DNA of 60,398 nucleotides. Origin: Octopus bimaculoides (lineage: Eukaryota). The position numbers and the translations under genes were made by a program. The first letter of the stretch is position 1. Every line of letters starts with the position of its first letter. This document shows positions 51,691-60,398 of this stretch, in pieces. The notes beneath the pieces are model-generated. The model saw nothing but the letters and a program-made list of their open reading frames with translations. It did not search any database and was not told where the DNA came from. The DNA lies in the NCBI RefSeq assembly GCF_001194135.2, contig NC_068984.1, forward strand, positions 133,144,000 through 133,204,397. The letters run 5' to 3'.

Positions 51691-53867
51691 CATATCTTTA
51701 CAGTTCCATTGATGGCTTGAATCTGTAGTCTTCTAATCAGCCTTTTTCTTTCACGTTTTGGGTTTTCGTATGTATGTATGTATGTATGTATGTATGTATG
51801 TGTATTTGTTCTTTTTCTCTTTAATTTAGAGTTAATTTTGAATGGAAACCTACTTAGTAGCAAGGTTCTGAAGAAAAACTTCTTTTGTTTGTCATGTTTT
51901 AAATCTTGAGATCTATGTATCATAAAATAATTAATTTTTGAGTAGGACTTCAAGTTTACTTAACCAGGATGGTTGAATAAACCATCAGATGAAACTTGAA
52001 GTCCCAGATGAAACTAATTTTATAATAAATTTGACTTAACTTTTAGTATTGTGTCCACTTCCATCAGTCAATGTTTAGTTGCTATTTTAAAAATTCCTTT
52101 AAACCAACAACCACAAAATTAACATTTAATACACACACAATTGCACACATATTCACACACACAAAAAACTCTATATTATTCACAGCCCACACATATATAA
52201 ATCTAACAGGCAAGAATATTTGAGTTTAAATTGGGAGTTGTTGAAAAGCCACGTATCTGACCAACAAACTCAACATATTAAAGTTGTTGGAATACAATGT
52301 GGTAGAAGTAAGATAAGAATTTTTAATTACATTATTTTTCAGCTTTAAAATATCTCAGTATTATGTTATCAGTCTCTCCTCAAACCTCTTATTCTGTCTA
52401 TTTTTTTTTTAAACATGTGCATTGTTTATACATAGCAGCTATGTTTTGAGATAGTATTTACATTAGTCCACCCCACCACAACTAAACATAACTGACAACT
52501 TCCTTACAGCTTCTTAAAGACTTTTATATGCATCTCTCTCTATGTAGTGCTATGGGGAGAGTCTTGGCAACTGCTCTCTCTTTCCCCCATCCACACCCTT
52601 TCAACACCTGGCATTCAGCCACCCACCTCCACCTCCCCTTCTCGAATACTTAAGTAGGGGGCTTTTTCCATTTCCTTTTCCTTTCTTCTTTTCTGTCTTG
52701 CAAGTTACATGGCAACCTCACTTGTGCCAGTGGCTCAAGAAAAAAAACAAAAACAACAAAACACCCAGTACACCCTGTAAATTGGTTGGCATTAGGAAGG
52801 GCATCCAACCATAGAAATCATGAAACCATGACAAAGACAATAGCAACAGTGGTGGAAAGCTTTTTAATAGATCGCATAGCCCGTCATATGTATGTATGTC
52901 ATTATTCAGTTTATTTCAAGATTTCTTGCCAATAGAGAAAGAACTGGTTTCTGACCTAGATCCCAGGCTCCTTCATTGGAATTTCAACATCAACAACTGG
53001 GTATTTTTGTATGTATGTATGTATGTATATATGTATGTATGTATGTATGTACGTATGTGCAGGTTTATATGTTTTATGTATGTATTCTCATGCATATAGC
53101 TGCATATCTAGACATGCTCATATATATTTAAATGATAAACTTCTGGAAAGTTATATATATATATATATATGTATGTGTGTATATATGTTTGTGTGTCTGT
53201 GTTTGTCCCCCCAACATCGCTTGACAACCAATGGTGGTGTGTTTATGTCCCCGTAATCTAGCGGTTCGGCAAAAGAGATCGATAGAATAAATACTAGGCT
53301 CCCAAAGAATAAGTCCTGTAGTCGATTTGCTAGACTAAAGGCGGTGCTCCAGCATGGCTGCAGTCAAATGACTGAAACAAGTAAAAAAGTAAAAGAGAAT
53401 ACATATATATATATGACCGACTGGAGACCAAGGTTGTACTGAAATAGTTGTTCTTGAATCTTATATATTGTTTGTTGTTGTTGTCTAGCTCTGGTCAAAC
53501 AAACCTATGTTCCAGTTATAATCATCCCTTTTTTCATTTTCAATGTCATACTTCCTTTTTTTAATATCATCAAGTGAGAGCAATTTTACTGCTATTGCTT
53601 GTTTTTCATCTGACCACATAGAGACCCCCCCCTCCTTGATTCATAAATATTGTTTACTTACTAAAGTGATACTAAACATATTTAGATAAAATGTTTTCAG
53701 GAGTGTTTAGGTTAATAGTGATTACAGAATAATTAGTCGTCTATTTGCTTTGGTTTTAATTACCTTTATAAATAAAATGATCTTCCCCATTAATTATATT
53801 TATCCTACAAATACTTGAGCACATCAGGTTGGTACCCCACCAATGTTTTATAACCCATTGAAAAGGC

Positions 53868-54006
53868 ACAGGCGTGACAGTGTGGGTGAGAGGTTTTCCT
53901 TCCAATCACATGGTTTGGGATTCAATCCCCCTGCATAACTCCAAGCCCAACCAAAACCTTGTTGGTGGATTTGGTAGATGGAAACTAAAAGAAGCTTGTC
54001 ATGTGT

Positions 54007-54038
<32 letters not shown>

Positions 54039-54378
54039 ACACGTGTGTGTGTGTGTGTGCACGTGTGTGTGTATACACGTATGTGTGTGCACGTGTGTGT
54101 GTGCACGTGTGTGTGTGTGTGTTTCTGTGTGTATGTGTGTGCTTACCATTGTTCTGATATCACACTATGGTCGTAAACAAGCATCACTGCCATACAAGTG
54201 ATGTAGTTCATTTCCAGTCTTCCATAAAAAAACATGTCAGGCCACAAGGAAATAATATCTTACTTGGATAAACACGTGAGGGTTGGTAACAGAAAAGTCT
54301 TCTGGCCATAGAAAATCTGCCTCAGTAAACTCCGTCCAACCCATGCAAGTATGGAAAAGCTGACATTAAAACAATGAT
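53868..54378 (+). mobile_element. SINE B head, (GT/GCAC) microsatellite and tail E (similar at 7730-8160 -, 22985-23330 +; tail only at 47820-48040 -)
   Basis: Same modules as 35891-36326. Confidence 0.8.
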
Positions 54379-54600
54379 GGATGAATCGTTATTACCGATG
54401 AAGATTTTCTTTTAAAATATTGTAACACAGGCAGATCAACATGCAATAGCCCAAAGCTCTCTCTTCTCATTGCTGGCCTCAGTTTAACTTTAAACTTTTA
54501 ATTTTTAAAGGAGGATGGATTAGGAAATCCTAATGTTCTTATTTTCTTGAGAGCATTATATTATTGTTGTTATTTCTGTTTAACTAGGAATAGGATTAGC

Positions 54601-54800
54601 CTGGATGAAAAGCAGTTTGGCTTTATACAAAGTAAAGATACCACTAATACTACCTTCCTAATGAGATAACTACAGGATAAGTACTTTGCTGAGAATAAGC
54701 CTCTATACATATCTTTCATCAACTTGGAGGAGGCCTTTAGATAGGTCCTTCACTTTGTGATCTAGTGGTTGCTGAAGAAGCTAGATGTTGAAGCCTGCAC
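54601..54800 (+). mobile_element. RTE-clade LINE reverse-transcriptase fragment
   Basis: DEKQFGFIQSKDTTNTTFLMR*LQDKYFAENKPLYISFINLEEAF matches QFGF...TTDAIF.LRQLQEKY....PLY.AFVDLEKAF. Confidence 0.9.
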
Positions 54801-56211
54801 TTGTTTCCCTCACTACTTATTCAGTTCCCTTTAATCCTTCTATCACCTTTCCTCTGTTTACTATGTTGTGTAACCCATGAAATGAGAAATACGCTAGATC
54901 TGCCCATACTTAATCCCCACTTCTACTGCTGTCTGTATCTCTTATTTTTCACTCTCATCACATTTCTTGAATAACGAAGAATTACGTTGGAACCCAATAC
55001 ACTTCGTCTGTTACACATGCAAAAGTTAGCCAACAGTTTCTCAGGTCTCTCCTTTGTTGGCATTCATTATCCTCTCTCACCACCAAACATTACTTACCTT
55101 GGCTGTTGTTTTCACTGATATCCATCATACACACACACACACACACACTAAGAACTTTATTTCCCTGTAATGTGCCAAGGACAAACCTTAAGAGAGAGAA
55201 ATCCCTTTACCAATTGTGGCCCCAGAAATCACAAGTATGAAGAGTAAGTGAACTGAAATGACGACTCAGCCAGGATTTGAACCTACTCAGCATGTTTAAG
55301 CTACAAAGATCTTATCACCATTTTATGGAACTCACTGTAAAGACATTGAGTATCATGATATTTAATTATGCAATCAAACCAAATAATCACCATTCTAAAC
55401 ACAGATAAAACACCTATTTCTCTAAACATAAAAATTTAAACCATTTAAACACCTGTTTCAACAAGCATAAAAATACCTTATTGCACTAAACATATACTTG
55501 TCTAACCACATCTCTAAACATCTATCTAAACACATACTGGACATATCTAGGACAATGCTAAATGAACATACATAATATTTATTTCTTATATACTTACAAA
55601 GACTCAGGTTCACAGAGAAGAAGCAAAATATATTGTATGATGTTTATGTCTTTTACAAAGGTAATTTTCTTAATCTGACTTTGGATTTTATAACTCCAAG
55701 TCTTACCTTAACATCCCAAACTGTCTCTGAAATTGACAATAACAGTAATATAATGGTATAATAGGATGAATGGTAACATTTATTAAATGTTAAGGAAATA
55801 ACAACCCATTAGCTTCAGGCAAAAAGAAATCTCCCTCATTATGCAAACATACAATATTTTGTACACAAATAGAAAATTACATAATAATGGCTAATAGCTG
55901 AAAGCTGGTAAAAGGCAAAGATTAACAAAACACCACTTATTGTTAACTTAAATACACATTCTACATGAATTCAGCACTTCAGATAGAATTATCTTAAACC
56001 ATTCTTTTATTCATTTGCAGCTGATACCAGCTTCAAGTTAGAGATATTACAAATACTGTTTGCTATTTATGTCTTTGATGACAACAGGAGATTAACAGTT
56101 ATACATTTGCACATTTTCTTTTCTTTTTAATTTTTTGTGACATAATATAAGGTGCAGATGTGGCTGAGTGGTAAGAAGTTTGCTTCCCAACCACATGGTT
56201 CCAGGTTCGCT

Positions 56212-56897
56212 GGTGTGATTGAAAGGCCGATGTCTCAGCCGCGATACGAACCATGGTCAGTACCGTGACGGCGGAATTGCCATTTCGGGACGTCTGTGGT
56301 GGTCGAGGCGGTTGTGGCCACCGACGTCGTCGTAGGAAGCAAGGGAGAGGTTCGGAGCGAGCAGAGAGCCGGCTGACGCTTCGGTGGTGGCAGCGCGATC
56401 GAAAGGCCGTCGTCTCAGTGGCGATGCTGCCCGTGAGACTGTGTGTCCATGTGTTACACACGCTAAGAAGCAGCCGAGGCAGTCGACGGATAAGGAGTTG
56501 GTCGAGTGAGAAGGAAGGAAGGAAGCAAGCAATTAGCAGCGTCGTCACTGGGAGTGAACAAAGAGCCTGTCGATGCATCGGTGGCGGCCGCCACAGGCGA
56601 GGTTGCGGTGCGATCGAAAGGCCGTTGTCTCGGCGGCGATACCACCCACGAGTGTGTGTATCCGTGTGTTATGCACACTAAGACACGTGGCCGAAGCGGT
56701 CAACGAATAACCGGTAGGTCAAGTGAGTCGTAGCAGTGAGAAGGAAGTGGACGAGCAATCAGCAGCGTTACTAAGAGCGGTGCGATCAAAAGGCCAACGT
56801 CTTGGCAGCAATACCGACAGCGAGTGTGTGTGTCTGTGCGTTACGCACGCTAGGACATGTGGCTGAGGCGGTCGATGGATAGCAAGCAGGTCGAGCA
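56212..56897 (+). repeat. GC/CpG-rich degenerate tandem array (~170-215-bp units) running into a gap
   Basis: Anchor GCGATCGAAAGGCC-like, with (G/A)AAAGGCC at 56221, 56401, 56616 and 56788. Confidence 0.85.
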
Positions 56898-57713
56898 NNN
56901 NNNNNNNNNNNNNNNNNNNNNNNNNNNNNNNNNNNNNNNNNNNNNNNNNNNNNNNNNNNNNNNNNNNNNNNNNNNNNNNNNNNNNNNNNNNNNNNNNNNN
57001 NNNNNNNNNNNNNNNNNNNNNNNNNNNNNNNNNNNNNNNNNNNNNNNNNNNNNNNNNNNNNNNNNNNNNNNNNNNNNNNNNNNNNNNNNNNNNNNNNNNN
57101 NNNNNNNNNNNNNNNNNNNNNNNNNNNNNNNNNNNNNNNNNNNNNNNNNNNNNNNNNNNNNNNNNNNNNNNNNNNNNNNNNNNNNNNNNNNNNNNNNNNN
57201 NNNNNNNNNNNNNNNNNNNNNNNNNNNNNNNNNNNNNNNNNNNNNNNNNNNNNNNNNNNNNNNNNNNNNNNNNNNNNNNNNNNNNNNNNNNNNNNNNNNN
57301 NNNNNNNNNNNNNNNNNNNNNNNNNNNNNNNNNNNNNNNNNNNNNNNNNNNNNNNNNNNNNNNNNNNNNNNNNNNNNNNNNNNNNNNNNNNNNNNNNNNN
57401 NNNNNNNNNNNNNNNNNNNNNNNNNNNNNNNNNNNNNNNNNNNNNNNNNNNNNNNNNNNNNNNNNNNNNNNNNNNNNNNNNNNNNNNNNNNNNNNNNNNN
57501 NNNNNNNNNNNNNNNNNNNNNNNNNNNNNNNNNNNNNNNNNNNNNNNNNNNNNNNNNNNNNNNNNNNNNNNNNNNNNNNNNNNNNNNNNNTATACATATA
57601 TGGAGGGAGTGAGCTAATGTACACCACATACGTTTGATCACTGTAAACCAATCATTTGTGCAGCTGAACACTTATACGTTGTCTTCAAGTCTTCAATGGT
57701 GAGTCCATCATAT

Positions 57714-57773
<60 letters not shown>

Positions 57774-57833
57774 CCATATGTCACAGCATGACCGAATTTC
57801 AGTGATGGAAAGCAGTAAAAATGGCGAAAGAGA

Positions 57834-57875
<42 letters not shown>

Positions 57876-58751
57876 TCATTTGTCATCCTTTCCTTCCAAC
57901 TAACTTGTGAAACAGCCTGGCTTCTGTAATGATACCTATCAGAGAACTTCAATTAATATTCCAAATCATTCTTGGTCAACGTGGTGACAGTCTTAATCTA
58001 CGTCTATTTATCATCATATTAAATTTGATCCTGTTCTATCTACTTTTGTGATGTCAAACCGACTCTCCCATCATATCATATCTTAATCTTGGTGGATGAG
58101 TTGTCTATGATAAGCTTACAAGCCAGCTCACATTCGCAACAATTATTTCTTGTAAACACGTGACAACTGCATCAGATGTGACTGGAAAAAGTGTTTGAAT
58201 TAGTTTCTCTGTGTGTGAAAGAATAGGCATGGTATTAAATTACCATTATATTCATAGACTCCTCTGTTGCTGAATACTTTCATTTTACACAGGAAATATT
58301 TATAAGTCATTAACTGTTACATTTTGTGATGTTTCATTGCTTTTGCATCAAGATAGAGTGATTCATTTATCTTTATTACACAAAGAATAGTTTCGGTTAA
58401 AGATTTACAAAGAATTAACATACATTATTGCCAGAGCATGTATATTCAGAGATACAATCTTGTATGAAAAACATAATTATTTCCCCCATAAGCAGGAGGC
58501 TATCACAAATTTAGGGAAGACCTAAAGATACTTATATCAATCCTGCTTGACTAGTACTTTATTTTATCAACCCTGGACAAATCAAAAGTAAAGTTGATCT
58601 CAGCAATATTTGAACTCAGAAACTAAAGAGCTGGAAGAAATACAAATACCATAAGTTATTTTGTGTCAAAGGTACCAAAAAATTCATATTGTACTTGTAC
58701 TTGCAATATTGTGACAATGGTAGATTGATAGAATCATAAAGTTATTATATA

Positions 58752-58763
58752 TATCCCGTCGTA

Positions 58764-58802
<39 letters not shown>

Positions 58803-59016
58803 ATGTGTGTTTGTGTGTCTGTGTTTGTCCCCCCACCATCGCTTGACAACCGATGCTGGTGTGTTTACGTCCCCGTAACTTAGCGGTTCGGCAAAAAGAG
58901 ACCTATAGAATAAGTACTAAGCTTACAAAGAATAAGTCCTGGGGTCGATTTCCTCAACTAAAGGTGGTGCTCCAGCATGGCTGCAGTCAAATGACTGAAA
59001 CAAGTAAAAGAGTAAA
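58752..59016 (+). mobile_element. SINE family B, microsatellite plus tail 1 (similar tails at ~53165-53400 + and 60140-60398 -; heads at 30642-30740 +, 36686-36880 +, 46828-46983 -)
   Basis: TTACGTCCCCGTAACTTAGCGGTTCGGC...GACTGAAACAAGTAAAAGAG. Confidence 0.85.
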
Positions 59017-59161
59017 NNNNNNNNNNNNNNNNNNNNNNNNNNNNNNNNNNNNNNNNNNNNNNNNNNNNNNNNNNNNNNNNNNNNNNNNNNNNNNNNNNNN
59101 NNNNNNNNNNNNNNNNNNNNNNNNNNNNNNNNNNNNNNNNNNNNNNNNNNNNNNNNNNNNN

Positions 59162-59209
<48 letters not shown>

Positions 59210-60126
59210 CAAGGTGTGTTCAAAAAGTATCCAACTTTATTTTTTCCCACCAAAACTAATGCCATGTGGGCAAAATCCTTTGGGTGAATGGTGATGCCTT
59301 CCTTCCTGCACATGTGTGAAAATGTTTGAGCTGGTATGCTGTGTCAGTTCCCAGCTGTTATGCCAAGAGTACAGACATGTAGTGCACACACATCACATTT
59401 TCTTTTTCATGCTAGATGACCGAAAGCATCAAGCAGAAACCATAAACCCATGTCTTTTCACTGGTGATGATAGTCTTCATGAAGTCTGGGTCATGATTTG
59501 TAGATCAGCATGTTCTGAGCAATTTCCCTGTGGAGTTGCTTCTGTTGCTCTACCAATAAGTTGTGGACAAATTTTACCAACACTCACCAAATGCACAAAT
59601 ACTTCATTAAAATGAAATTCACTGAATCCTCTGCTTATTCCACTTAGCAAGTAATTTCCAAGATTGTTACACAACAGTCTTCTATGACTATTCATCAAAC
59701 CTTCTCAATCAGCCCCTCATTTCGACTTGTGGATGGCCTGCCTGAGTGTGCCTTGCTCTCCACTGAGGTGCAGCCAAGTTTGAAGTGGTTGTCCCAATTC
59801 TTGATCTGAGTTTTGCCCATGGCATCATTGCCAAAGGCCTGCTGAATCTTCTGGGTGGTTTGAGCTTGAGTATCACCAAGCTTTTGCCAAAACTTGATGC
59901 AATATCTTTTGCTTAATGCATTCATTGAAAACAAAAATCCTACAAGTGTACACTACATGTCTGTACTCCAGGCATAACAGCCAGTAACTGATGCAGACTA
60001 CCAGGGCGAAAATTTCCAAGTATGTGCAGGAAGAGTGACATCACTTTTCATCCAAAGGATTTTATCCAAGCTGCATTAGTTTTAGTGGGGGAAAAATAAA
60101 ATTGGATATTTTTTGAACAAACCTCG
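59210..60126 (-). mobile_element. Mariner element, internally deleted, with a transposase pseudogene
   Basis: ~53-bp imperfect TIRs (C(G/A)AGGT(T/G)TGTTCAAAAA(A/G)TATCCAA...) and TA at the right end. ORF 59695-59934 reads RYCIKFWQKLG...QQAFGNDAMGKTQ...SGRPSTS, the mariner N-terminal HTH region. Confidence 0.92.
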
Positions 60127-60349
60127 TAAATATTAATATACTCTTTACTCTTACTCTTTTACTCTTTAACTTGTTTCAGTCATTTCACTGCAGCCATGCT
60201 GGAGCATCGCCTTTAGTCGAGAAAATCGACCCCAAGACTTATTCTTTGTAAGCCTAGTAATTATGCTATCAGTCTCTTTTTGCCGAACTGCTAGGTTATG
60301 GGGCCGTAAACACACCAGCATCGATTGTCGAGCAAAGGTGGGGGGACAA

Positions 60350-60382
<33 letters not shown>

Positions 60383-60398
60383 CATATGTATATATATA

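Noticed and set aside
56099-56733. The longest gap-free ORFs (159 and 142 aa)
   Set aside because: They are overlapping frames in a GC-rich tandem array with no recognisable domain.

Overview
AT-rich animal genomic DNA that is dominated by repeats, with eight N-gaps and very dense (TA)n/(CA)n/(CT)n microsatellites. The repeat families point to a cephalopod, probably Octopus (inference). The only host gene I can support is a cAMP-dependent protein kinase inhibitor (PKI family) on the + strand. Its main coding exon is 9559-9712 and its probable last coding exon is 23385-23488, giving about 85 aa with the FIASGRTGRRNA pseudosubstrate and an NES-like motif. The rest consists of tRNA-derived SINEs of three head types, RTE-tailed repeats, decayed RTE and CR1-group LINE fragments, a gypsy-like gag/protease remnant, several Tc1/mariner, Tigger and hAT elements, a Helitron with both ends visible, and a full-length U6 snRNA pseudogene. 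The most notable unexplained structures are a decayed type I hammerhead ribozyme in a ~150-bp element embedded in (TA)n (28278-28340), three long palindromes or foldbacks, a CRE-like palindrome upstream of the PKI exon, a 27-bp inverted templated insertion, and a CpG-rich tandem array behind a SINE head. The axis of one palindrome mirrors the hammerhead stem III. Family names A-H are my own working labels, and repeat boundaries are approximate.
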